From: Lenisia limosa
Taxonomy: Eukaryota; Protista; Breviatea
Assembly: GCA_001655205.1 (NCBI GenBank)
Contig: LPNZ01009396.1
Span: 1-45,008 of the forward strand
Direction of reading: 5' to 3'
Length of the DNA stretch: 45,008 nucleotides
Shown: positions 22,948 through 34,900 of the stretch, piece by piece
Layout: each line of letters opens with the position of its first letter
How positions within the stretch are numbered: position 1 is the first letter of the stretch
The notes under the pieces: model-generated
Database searches by the model: none
What the model saw: the letters and a program-made list of their open reading frames with translations, nothing else
What the model was told of the DNA's origin: nothing
Made by a program: the position numbers and the translations under genes

Positions 22948-25843
22948 TCAAGTTAAGTGGCTGAGAAGCTGGAGGGGTCAGTGAAAAGCTGTCAAAATGA
23001 AGCTCACTTGTTTCAAGTTAGTGGCTACGCTTTTACAGGCCTTGGTCCAAGATTCAAGGTTACCATACTTGATGCTAATGCCTCCAACCTAAACCGTAAG
23101 ACCCTGAATTCACATGGTTTCACTCACTTTATCGTCTTCAATTTCGTACTTGAGTTTGAAGTGAGAGTCGACTTGAGTGGCATGATCCGCCACTTCCCTG
23201 CAGTATTGTCAGCAAGGTAGCCAACAGTTGATTTTGGATTTTTGTTTTTGTTTCAGAAAAGTTTCCACTTACCCCCCCCCCCCCNNNNNNNNNNNNNNNN
23301 NNNNNNNNNNNNNNNNNNNNNNNNNNNNNNNNNNNNNNNNNNNNNNNNNNNGCGGCCAGCGCCGTACCTGGGTGTCAGAAATCTGATGGTCCACAAAACA
23401 GGGAACTGATTATTGGCAACCAAGCTTACAGCTGCAGATGTTGCGGAGGGGAGGTTCCAACCCGGATCATTGAAGAGAATGAACCTCGGTAAAATGGCTT
23501 AAACCTAAAGGATAAAAAATGAGGAACGAAGCAAAAAAACTATAATATAAGGCAAGATATTCATATATGATACACTATCTGAATAGCAATGGATTAAAGG
23601 AGGTGATAAACAAGTTAGCTTTTCATCATAACATTAACAGGAGTGAATTTGCAAATAATCCACAACAATACTGCTGTTTTGTTAGTCTTCTTCGAACCAT
23701 CAGGAAGGCCAAGTCTAGAACCCAAACTCACGATCGGAAGCGAATGTTAAACTTTTCCGAGAGACGGAGGAGCAAAAGTGCGCATTGGCCCCAGGCTGAG
23801 TTGATTTCCATCCATTCAATCTGAATTACAGAGTCAGATGAAGAGGGGATGATGTATATATGATGTATATATCATATACTATATGATATCTTATATGCAT
23901 ATAGCTATATATATATATAGATATATAGATATAGATATAGATATATATATTTATATAGATCTCATATGATACTATAGTATATAGTATGTAGTATATGTGA
24001 TAGATGCACGAGCATGCTATCGCCTACGTATTATCAAATACCAGAGTACAGTATAGTGTGATGTATACAAGTATAGTTATATATCTCAGGGAATACTTAC
24101 GGCTCATGTTTGCCCCACTGGATTGCTCTTGAGTCTGCCGAGATGCAGCCCGTTGATTGTTGCAAAGTGCCCGTTGAACCAAATATGGAAGGCGTCGTTA
24201 TACACATTGGCCTTGCCAAGCCGCTCAAGGTGCACGGTCGTTCTGTTGACCTGACGGTGAGACACGCACAACTTCAGGAGATCAAAGCCGTTAACTCACT
24301 CTGTCCTGAAGCGCCTCATCTGTTGCACTAAACGCCTGGGCATCACTGGCGAAAGAGTTTGTTTCAAGAACCAGTCTACTGGGTGAGATAAAATCGTTAC
24401 AGTCTTCCCACTGTGTTTCTTGCTGCTTGACCTCTGCATCCTGCTCCTCAAGGGCGGCCTTTTCCTTTTTCAGAGTTTCTATTCGATTGTCATAGGCCTC
24501 GATTTCAAACAGCATGTTTTGGGCTTCTTGACCCAGCTGAACACAGTTAACTTCAATCGCCATTGACATATTAATATCATATATAAAATATGATATACTA
24601 CACATGTATATGATATTATAGTATATATGTTTATACAGTGACCGGGATAAGTCTTGACCGAATTGCAATGTGATTTACCAAGGAAAATTGGTCAAGACTT
24701 ATCCCAGTCACTGTATAGCTCTAAAAAAAGCGATGTAGTATATCGTAATTTAGGTTCCAAACCTCAGAAGCACTAAGCTCAGCATATTCCTCCAAGGGGT
24801 CTCGGTGGAGCTTCGGGAGGCGTGGCAACTGTCCGCCAAACAAAGGGTCGATATCATCCTCGCCACTAGCCGGGGTGGCCGAGGCTGGCTCTTCTGTTTC
24901 GCTGGTGAGGTCCTCGGCCGTGGAGGCAAGGGTGGATGCGTGGACTGTTAAGTAAACAAAGGACCCAGTCTGCATCACATTTATAAAGGATTCCAATAAT
25001 AGTCAAATAGATGTTTGATTTTCACTTAGCCTAGGTCCAAACCTGGTGGAGGAGAAGAAGGCGAGGTTTGTCGGACATGGTTTGTGACAAGAGAGTCAAG
25101 CATGATAGTTTTCCGCTTTAATGACGGCCCCTGGAAGGTCAGCATCATCAAAGGGAGACGAACCTTGGCTTCGGATTTAGTTGCTTTCAGTGACTTCACA
25201 TTGGCAATGAGAACATTTGAGGGTCGCGGAGTGGTTCTAAAATATGTCATCAGTACAACGTGAATGCCTCACAGTCCGTTCTCCGAAGGCGACATGAGGG
25301 ACGAACAGAGAACCTTCAGCCCTTCTCGTTGCCGTTTGCTGTCTTCTTGGGCTGCCAGAAGCTGTTTCTGTAGCGTGATACAAATGCTCGCAAAATATAG
25401 ATACCAAGACCTTTTACAAAAAGATTCTGATTGGGTGACAAACCTCAACTTCATTGACACATTTGGTACATAAAGGGTGACAGACGGAGCTGATTTCTGA
25501 AGCTACACGAAATACAGAACCAAGGTTCATAGCTAAACAGTTACGTTCGTCCATTAAAGGAAGGCTAGATAATGACATTTTCAATCCCCAAACTGCTCTC
25601 TTGAATAGCTGGGATCTCCATGAAACAGCCGTTATCTTCCCAGTGCTCATCGTCATCAGACTCACTCTTCCAAACAGTGACATCTTCAAAGGGAAGAACA
25701 GAGGAAGGTGCACCCGGAGGCAAGAGAGTCTTCTTTGAGTTGACCCTGGTCGATAGTTTGTTCCATATGTCCCTGCTATCCTCTTCAAAACTAAGATTTA
25801 GTGGTTGGAAGCACTTCTGACACCACCATTCCTCAGAAGCCAT
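22948..25843 (-). CDS. BECN1: Beclin-1/Atg6/Vps30 (PI3K class III complex subunit)
   Basis: N-terminal WWCQKCFQPL, then HPLCTKC, a coiled coil, LERLGKANVYNDAFHIWFNGHFATINGLHLGRL, IEWMEINSAWGQCALLL, LYGAG and GGISIKYGNLESWTKACKSVATNLKQ|LLSHLT-stop. Confidence 0.93.
23845..24065. repeat. Intronic AT-rich self-complementary microsatellite tract (ATAT/ATATC/ATATG/ATAG units)
   Basis: Seen directly. Similar tracts occur at about 145-175, 2890-2915, 14815-14850, 24565-24635, 27495-27580 and 30885-30930. Confidence 0.85.
24636..24713. mobile_element. 78-bp Tc1/mariner-type MITE in a Beclin-1 intron
   Basis: 24-bp terminal inverted repeats CAGTGACCGGGATAAGTCTTGACC / CAGTGACTGGGATAAGTCTTGACC (23/24), CAGTG...CACTG termini, TA on both flanks (24634-35, 24714-15) and a 30-bp spacer. 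Confidence 0.88.
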
Positions 25844-26113
25844 GTCGCTGCCTATTTCACAATTACAGCATCATAACATTCTAACCAATTTCTTTCAATT
25901 TTTTACAAGAATCCTACTCTAAATACGTCTATAAATCTCACTTCGTTAGTTGGTCTTATTCTTCTCAAAAAGAGTTCTCTTTAAAAAAAACAATTTTTGG
26001 TAACTAAACAAGATCCATGATCGCTATGTGGTACTGCAAAAAAAAAGCCAAGATAGAGATAGCCAAAGGCAGGTCCAAGGCAAGCCAAAGGTGCCCTCTC
26101 TTCTCATCTCATT

Positions 26114-28078
26114 ATGATAAGCACAATATTTGTAGTATGTGTTCTGTTCAGCCTTTTTGTGAACGCCCTTGCAGTTTGTGACAGTGGACGAATATCAGAA
26201 TATATTGAGGTTGGTTGGGCTAGGAGGTTAGTATGATTATACTAAAGTAAGAATATATACGCCTCCAAGGGTGGGTGAGTGGGTATCGTATCCAATCTGT
26301 TTCTCACCTTTTAGTTGAATGAAGGGTCAGAAAAGGTACGGGGTTTATTCGGTAATGTCATAAGTATTCAACTTGAGGCAGCAAATAAGGGTTGTTACAT
26401 GGTAGTGTGTGTACACAGACACTGCCGGCAAGAAGACCATTGGAATCGGCTTCAACTTGGACCAGTCTAGTGCCAGGAGTACCATTGAGGGGCTTGGATG
26501 GAATTATGACAATGTAGGCTTGGGCTACTGTTCGTTTTTGAGGATGATGGGAGTTCAGATACACTGAAATAGACTTATTGTATGTCTTTCAATGTCACCT
26601 TTTTTTTTAGTTATATGATGGCTCAGTCTGTTTAACTGATAATCAAATCACGACACTCTTTTTGTAAGTGGTTGTTTAAGCTTTTCCTTGTTGAAACATG
26701 AGCGGGTGAAGCTGTTTATTGTTCATTCAAACGGTGGTAATCGTATCTGGAGAAAGAAGTTGAATACTTAGGGAAATTCTTCCATCCTACGTGACCGGAG
26801 CAGAAGCCAATTTTGAGACAATCAATGATATGTGCTGTGACAGACGAATGGTCATGGTTGGAGGTTTCAATGTATCAGATATGGCCATGTTTCTCCATTT
26901 TCAACTAATTTTTTAGATTGACTTCACATACAACCGTGAGCAGACCTCGAGAGTTTGGTTGTCTGTCTCAAAGAGTCTAACCATGTAGTTGGTCAGAGTG
27001 GCGTTTCTAAATGGGTCAACTTCATTGCTCAAGTCAAAGCTAATCAATGGAATGATGCTGCTCGTAGGCTACTCAATGAGACCTTTATAATGCTGTTAAC
27101 TCTGATTAGAGAATATGAAGGACTCATTATACTGCAGCCAGGTCAAGTCAAGATGTGACAGAAATGTTGAAATCCTGAAAACGTGACCAGTGATATTACT
27201 GTCTTTTCTCATCACTTACTCTATAGTGGTTTTTATGTTAAAACTGGGGAGTCAGCGCCAACAGGTAACTGCGTTTTCAACTCGCATCGTGAGAGGGTTT
27301 ACATATTACCCCACTTCTTTTTGATACGAACTACGTTTTATATGATATATAAGTTTTGGCCCTTGACCCTATACCGCATGGAACCGCCATGTATTATATG
27401 TTTTGTAGTATATATTTGGCTCACCCCCCATACCCCCATATGTATATGATATATATTATCTTAGTGGTCAAAATTTCCAATAAAAACGCTTAAAATATAT
27501 ATCATATACTATATCATATGTATAAAGTATATGATATGATATGATATATCATATATATATATCATATAGCTATATATATCAATTGGTGGCAGGGTATCAA
27601 ATCTTGGATTGCAGCAAAAATTCTAAAAATCAGTTTTACTCATTCAAGGCTAATTTCCCTATCACACATCTATTTACCAACAAAAGGAATAATTTTAATA
27701 AAACTATGGATATTTTACCCCTAAACCCATTTTATCACTTTGAGGGGTCTCTGGTGAAACCCCCCCCCCCCCNNNNNNNNNNNNNNNNNNNNNNNNNNNN
27801 NNNNNNNNNNNNNNNNNNNNNNNNNNNNNNNNNNNNNNNNNNNNNNNCATATTATATTTTTCATCAAAAATGAGGGTACTGGAAACAATTGAATCAACTT
27901 TTGTCACTAATGCATCGACCATGCAAATATCACGTAACTAGAACCCGCAAATGGGACAGACGGTGAGAGCTCCTCTGGTAGTCCTGCTTCCGCCCTTACT
28001 CTGTCGATGGTTATCACCGCCCTGGGCCTTCTTTTTTGTGGGAGTTTTTTTTGGCCTCATTTTATTTTTTGTCTCTAA
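26114..28078 (+). CDS. Phage T4-type (GH24) lysozyme with signal peptide and C-terminal Ser/Gly linker plus hydrophobic GPI-signal-like tail
   Basis: Spliced: MISTIFVVCVLFSLFVNALA-VCDSGRISEYIE|LNEGSEK|CVYTDTAGKKTIGIGFNL..., with E-x8-D-x5-T catalytic spacing. Continues DMCCDRRMVM|IDFTYNLGQSGVSKWVNFIAQVKANQWNDAAQNMKDSLYCSQVKSRCDRNVEILKT|GFYVKTGESAPT|EPANGTDGESSSGSPASALTLSMVITALGLLFCGSFFWPHFIFCL-stop. The lysozyme call is about 0.95; the last two exons (27227-27264, 27942-28078) are about 0.7. Confidence 0.85.
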
Positions 28079-28389
28079 GCTGTACTTAATGTGACACTTT
28101 AGAAGGACAGCGTTGTTTTCTGTATTGGTTATTTGACAAATTTATTGGTAGCTTTGTGTTAAATATATGTATATTTCATTTTTTATGTAGTTCACTATTG
28201 TACTTCCATTTCAACCATAATTGCCTACATTTGAAACAATTGAAAACAATAAATAGATTACCATAATAAATACCATAGGACAAATGCCATCTTATCATTT
28301 CTCTTAATTGATTTGAGAGATTACGCCATTATCTGACAAGCAGGCCCGATCTTTCTAAACCATCACTTGCGTTGTGTGTAGAACAATTA

Positions 28390-31333
28390 TCATGTTGATA
28401 TATTACTACTACTGGTCTTTTTAGAACCAAAGTGAAGCTCAGATAGGCAAACCTTTGAGTATTTGCATTCAACCAAAGACAGTACAAGACTCAGTAAAAC
28501 GCTGAAAAGGCCTACTCCACCTATTGGATGAAAGAGAAAGGCACTGTAACCGCTTACAACCAATCTTGAATGGAAGAGTTTGAGAGTGTTCATATGCCAT
28601 TCTAGATTGTTAACTATTTTTTAAAAGGAGTCTGTACTTACCCGTACAAAAACGGACTGATCACCTGACTGGCTGACATGCTCCCAGCCAATCGGCCAAG
28701 AAGAGTACCCTGGTATTTCTGCTTGGTATACCTGGAAGGTAACGTACTTGAAAGCTTACTTTGATATTATGATTGGACCCATTGGTAAAATGAAACCAAA
28801 TCCGCAGAAGGCAAAAAAGATCACGGAAACCTAAAGCTTAAATACAAACCCTCTATTCACTACACCTGCATCCAAAACTCAGGGTACCAAATTGTCGTTG
28901 GCAGCATTGTGAACATGACCAGACCCAAAATATCTGCACAATGAGCACAAACATGGAATGGGAACAGACATACATGTCAACGAGTCTCCAAGGCCTTTCA
29001 AAATAGATTTGAATACTGTTAACTAAAGTAGTTATTTAACAATTTTAAAAATCCTTATTAAACAAGCCTACTTGAACCAAAGTATAAACGAGTCCAGTTC
29101 CACAGTTTATTAACCCCAGTATAAACGCCGAGTAGCCGAAGTGTTCGCTGCAGGGTCAATCTCAGCTCGCCAAAAGAGGGACTCACATAAAATAAACCGT
29201 GTAAACAGCTCCCATCAGAGCCAGAATACTATACACACAGAAAGCAATTGCCATAACAATTACCACCAAGTAGTCTGGTCTGTTGTCTATAGTTTTGGAC
29301 CGATCCTTTAAGATTTAAAATGATTTGGTGAAAAAATGTCATATGACAACAGTCAGAATATGATAATATCTTGAACAATAAGGTAAAATAGGGTTTCATA
29401 CCACTTGGGAATGAGGAAGCAGCTTTGAAGATTCTGTGGGTTCAACTACTGGCTCATTTGAAACCTGAGCTGTACGGTGAGTGGGTTCATCTGAAGGATG
29501 ATTGGGGGAGTTATCTTGGGAAAGACTATTTGGATCGGTCTGATCAGGAGTAGGCTCTAAAGGCTTCTGATATGTTGCCCTCAAATATCTGAAATGATAA
29601 TGGGCAAGAAAATACAGCTTGATTGTCATAATGAAACTGCTCGGTACCTTGGAGTTAGGAAAGAACGCGGTGCTGTGAAGAGGGACTCTTTCAATTTGAA
29701 TAAAATGACAAGGAAGGATACCATTGACAAAGCACTGAAATTGTAAATTGAGTTTACTGGCTCCCTACCTCGAAAAGAAGAGAGGAAGCCGAGTGAAGAC
29801 CTGGGAAAGAGACCCTCCTGCGAATTAAATGCTAGTAAAACATACCTATCAAAGGACCAATAATGAAGGCTATTCCAAAAGTCATGGCTACTCTTGATTG
29901 TGATACCTTGAGTGCAAACTAAGTGGTAAGGAAACAAACATACAATGATGCAGTTGAATGCACTTATGAAATTTAAACGATCATAGAGACAATATATCAC
30001 ACATATCACATTACTCTACAGAGTAGGATTCCTGGTGCCCACGCCAGTCTTGACATCACTGATATAGGCTTGAGACAAGGCGGCGTTTCCTGAACCATGA
30101 GGAATCTTCATAGATTTGGATCTTTCTTGGCGAAGAGAAGAGGAACCCAAAAAAAACAAGATTATTAGGGCCAAACTATTGATAAAATAATCGTGACGCT
30201 TAATAGCAATAAAAAGGCCAATTCTATTATTTGGACGGGATCTTAAACACAGTTGAACGAACCAGCGAAGAAGCCTCCAGCTGCACGCGCAAGAAGAAAC
30301 GTTCTTAACTCAGTTGCAAAACCTAGAGAATTATATGACACGGCTAGGCAAAGTGATGGCGTCGATAATCAAATCCACAAACCTCCAAGAAGATAACAAG
30401 CAGACGAGCCCAAAATGAAGAACAAAATAACTGGCCGTCTTCCCACCTTGTCGCTAATTCGACCACCTGCTGGTCATTTGGGTATATCTTCCATCAAGCA
30501 AGCCTTACACTTCAAATTGAATTATACCAGAACAAAACGCTCATGAAGAGAAGTTAGAATTGCAAAAAAGCAAACTCGAAAATGACTCGGGGAATACACT
30601 GGTAAAAGAGGAGGGGTACACTGGTAAAATCTCTTTATATTTCGGAAGCGATGCAATTATATTTCTAAGTAATAATTCTGAAATGACTCAAGTAGATACT
30701 GAAACCTTCCTAAACTAGCAGTTCATTATTGGAACACGGGAAATTGTATTATTGGTTTTCAAGGTAGCCATAGGAGGAACACCTGCCAGATGCGTACAAT
30801 GGGATATACTCATACAAATCTATGCATAGTATGCATTTTGTATGTGGTGAAAAAGAAAGATTGGAGCAATTGATATTACATAACTTATTATATGATATAT
30901 AATATCATATACATATATGATCACATATCACAATTACCAGAATCGTCTTTGCCTTTTAAAAGTTCACAGGTTGTTTTTCTGTATTTAAAATACATGCCCA
31001 GGCTTGCAATCACTTGCAAAAGTGACAATAGAGTGAAACAAGATAGGGCCTATCCTACCAAGAAAGTTTGATATCGTTTGGGTTAACGCATAGCTCCCGA
31101 CAAGCGCTCCCAGGACAAACGCCCCACCATCCATTCTATGAAATTAGTATTATATGAAAAGAAGATTCCACAAACTCTTTCACAATGAAGGGCAAGATCG
31201 GAGTTATCATAGCAAAGTCCATCCCATCAATAAGAGCTGCAAGGTACATGAAACATAACCGTGGTTGCATAATGTCTTGAGGGCTCGGATTGGACGGATC
31301 TGATGTTTCACTATTATCATCATTTAGTGTCAT
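28390..31333 (-). CDS. Major facilitator superfamily transporter (DHA1/TetA/MFSD-like)
   Basis: LCFMYLAALIDGMDFAMITPILPFIVK, GALVGSYALTQTISNFL, motif A GGRISDKVGRRPVIL, FLLARAAGGFFAG, GNAALSQAYISDV, motif C MTFGIAFIIGPLIG and QGTLLGRLAGSMSASQVISPFLYG. Confidence 0.9.
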
Positions 31334-31965
31334 TCTGTCACCAAAATAGAGATCTCAAGTGGAGGAGGTGGATCTCAACAGCAGCGTTCACGCAGGTAGC
31401 TACTGCTGTAGGCAGGTCATTGTCTCCTCCTTTCCTCCTTTAAAAAACCCCATCATTTATTCATCGCTGATTCATCATCATGGTCTGTGTGAGACTTGTG
31501 GTGAAGGAAGAAGAAGAGGAAAGTTGAAAGGGGAGAGACAATATCGCAAGATAATTTTGACTGACTTATAGTTATCTCAAAAATAATTAAATTATTTAAT
31601 AATATTGTTATTAATACTATAGTATAAAAAGGCTTTTTGAAATTCTAAGACAATCAGCATTTTTGGCTTTTCCTGATTTTGGTTATTTGCACCAAAATTC
31701 AAAATTATTAGTCGATTTTATAGCAAGAAAAATAGAGAAATATAGAACACAACTTAAATTTAAAACAATTGAGTCAAATCAGCAACTACGCTCTTATAGT
31801 TTTGTCTTTGAAGGTGCCCCCACGCTTCACCTACTTCTAGATTGAAGTTACTATCAAGAAGAGATTTAATTTTGGAGATTTTATTCCCGTCGGCATTTTC
31901 GCCGGTTATATAGGTTCGGGGTCTTCGGTTTGCATTCAAGTTGGTTGTTTCTGACAGTCAAGGGA

Positions 31966-34900
31966 ATGGCCGCTCCGGGCTTCGAAGGAGCCATTGTTGC
32001 CGGAAAGGAGGGAGTTCTTAGGAAGCTGTTCAGGACCCACCCTGACCTGACCACTGTAGGCAGTTGGTGGTTGTTTGCTTCGTTTTTTTTTTTTTTTTTT
32101 TTTNNNNNNNNNNNNNNNNNNNNNNNNNNNNNNNNNNNNNNNNNACATTGTTGAGCAAGTGATGAAACGTTGATGTTGGACTACGTTTGGTTTTACTCAT
32201 GTCACGCTTTTGACCTTGAAGTGGACCAATAGCAACGGCGAAACGCCCATTCACATCGCGTGTATGGCGGGTCAAGCGAAATGCCTAAGGTTTCTTCTCA
32301 AAGAGGTACGCCCTACATTGCAGTCTTGAAGTTTGCTTTTGGACATTAGTCACGTTGTAGATGTGTCTGAACATCAGCAAAATGGCGGAGAAGCCTCGGA
32401 ACACGGTTCTTCACCTGGCTGCTCTTGCTGATAGCAAGGAGTGTGTCCAGGTCTTATTGGACTTTCAGTCCGATAGTCACTCGGAAATCAACATCGATGC
32501 TAAGAATGACAATGGTAGGTTCATCGCAACTGGATTTGAGCACAGGCTTCACTGGTGTTGGTGATTGCATTGACGACCAGGAATGACGGCCCTACACATT
32601 GCGTGTCGCGTCGGAAGCTATGACGTGGCGTCGTGTTTGCTTGCCGAAGGAGCCGACCCACTTTTTACCACCGACCACTCTGCAACTGTCCTGTAGGGCG
32701 AGTGTAATAACTGTCGTGAGTGACCGTTTTAGGCACCTTGCTGCTCGAGAGGGCCACGCCAAGATATGCAGTTTGCTTCTGGAAAATGGCGTTGATCCAA
32801 ATGCAATCTCAAAGCCGTCTTGTAGGGAGGGGATGCTTTTTGGTTGTAAACGATGGGCTTCTTTTGATTTTGCAGTGCGGACAGCTTTGCACATATCAGT
32901 AGCCCTCAACCAGAGGCATTTGGTCACTTTACTGTGTGCCGCCGGCGCCGATTATGAGGCTCAAGATATTAACAATGAGGTTGGTCGTGTGCTTTGTCTG
33001 TCTTTTCCATTGTATATTTTGAAGTATTTTTAGTGCTTTCACATTTTCGTACAACCCACTTTTTTTCATGGTTATCTCGTTGGTGTTATATTGATATCGT
33101 ATCTATTAGACCCAATGTACAGTATTACTTCACTAACCTTTCATAGACTCCCCTTAAAATGGCACCACCTGCTATCAGAACCATAATTGCTGGTATGGGG
33201 TTTGAAAATTTCAGTTTAAACCAAGTATATCCTCATGATATCATATTCTCTGCTGATAATAATTACATTTTACCCCCCCCCCCCAGAACACAGNNNNNNN
33301 NNNNNNNNNNNNNNNNNNNNNNNNNNNNNNNNNNNNNNNNNNNNNNNNNNNNNNNCCATCGAGCTGCTATGTCAGGATGCGAACCATTAGTTGTCAGTTT
33401 ATTGGCAAGGGTGGGGGGGTATCTTGTACTCACTATCAAAATTATGAAAGAGAGGAGAATTTCTTTCCACATGCCTTCATCACCATCAAGGGGGCTCCGA
33501 CGGAATCGGTGGACACCAAAGGCCAAAGTGCCCTTCACCACTCTTGCCAACTCGGCCACACAGCTGTCACCGACGTTTTGCTGCACGCTGGCGCCAACCC
33601 CAACGCACAGGACTCTCTGTGAGCATTCCTCAAATAAACCCTGGGGGGGGAGGGGAAGTTTCCCTTAGAGTGGNNNNNNNNNNNNNNNNNNNNNNNNNNN
33701 NNNNNNNNNNNNNNNNNNNNNNNNNNNNNNNNNNNNNNNNNNNNNNNNNNNNNNNNNNNNNNNNNNNNNNNNNNNNNNNNNNNNNNNNNNNNNNNNNNNN
33801 NNNNNNNNNNNNNNNNNNNNNNNNNNNNNNNNNNNNNNNNNNNNNNNNNNNNNNNNNNNNNNNNNNNNNNNNNNNNNNNNNCCAACAATAATTCTTGCTT
33901 TTGTTTTGTTTTTATTCCATTTGTACGCTGGAGTGATACAGAAGCTACTGTCCTGGGCTTTGTTTGTTTTGTTGTTCTCAACCCTTGCGTGTTGCTAGCC
34001 AACAGAGTTGATTTGGGTTTTTTTTTTATTTTCCAATTTCACCTCTCTCCCCTCATGACATTATAGTGGCACCACCCCCCTGTTTTTCGCCTGCCAAGCT
34101 GAAGACGCCGGCGCTGTCGTGGCTCTCCTCCAAGCTGATGCTGACCCCAATATCTGCAACAACTCCCAGGGCAGCCCTTTGTANNNNNNNNNNNNNNNNN
34201 NNNNNNNNNNNNNNNNNNNNNNNNNNNNNNNNNNNNNNNNNNNNNNNNNNNNNNNNNNNNNNNNNNNNNNNNNNNNNNNNNNNNNNNNNNNNNNNNNNNN
34301 NNNNNNNNNNNNNNNNNNNNNNNNNNNNNNNNNCCGATATCCTGCGTTTGTTGATTAACTTCGGAGCCGCCATATCAGCTCCGGACTCGAAGAATGCCAC
34401 CCCTTTGTAAGCTAAAACTGGCAATAAATAGTAATACTGCCGACGTGTGTTGTTATCCAAAGTACGAAAAACATGCCCATGTTCCTCATATGTGTCACAC
34501 AACAGGCATCTGGCAGCGTATCATGGCAAAGTTGAAGTATGCAAGGTGTTGTTGGATGCTGACGCCAACCTTGACGCTTTGAACCGAAACAACAAGCGCC
34601 CTGTTGACTTGGTAACAAACCAGAAAATCGCGGATATCTTTAAAGGTAGCTTGCGTGCTACTTTATAGGACATCATGTCTGATTGCTTACATTTTAGAAA
34701 AGACGCAAGATTCGCTTTTGAAATCCCCGGAGGTGGATGAAATGTGAGGGGGTATGTTCCTCGTTGTTAATGTCCCATCCGGCCGAAAATGCTTGAATGT
34801 AACAATCTCCTCGATGCATCTCTAGCTGGGTGTTGTGAACAGCATATTAACCCGTCAGTTCGTATGAGGCAGTTGAGCCTACTCCGGCCCAGGAGCCGCC

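Noticed and set aside
24636-24713. The MITE as an introner (intron-creating element)
   Set aside because: Both copies lie well inside longer introns and their ends do not coincide with GT/AG boundaries.
29714-29721. GTATCCTT, the U12-type 5' splice-site consensus, on the MFS sense strand
   Set aside because: It lies inside an open transmembrane-coding stretch (SALSMVSFLVILF), and no U12 branch site or need for an intron is seen.
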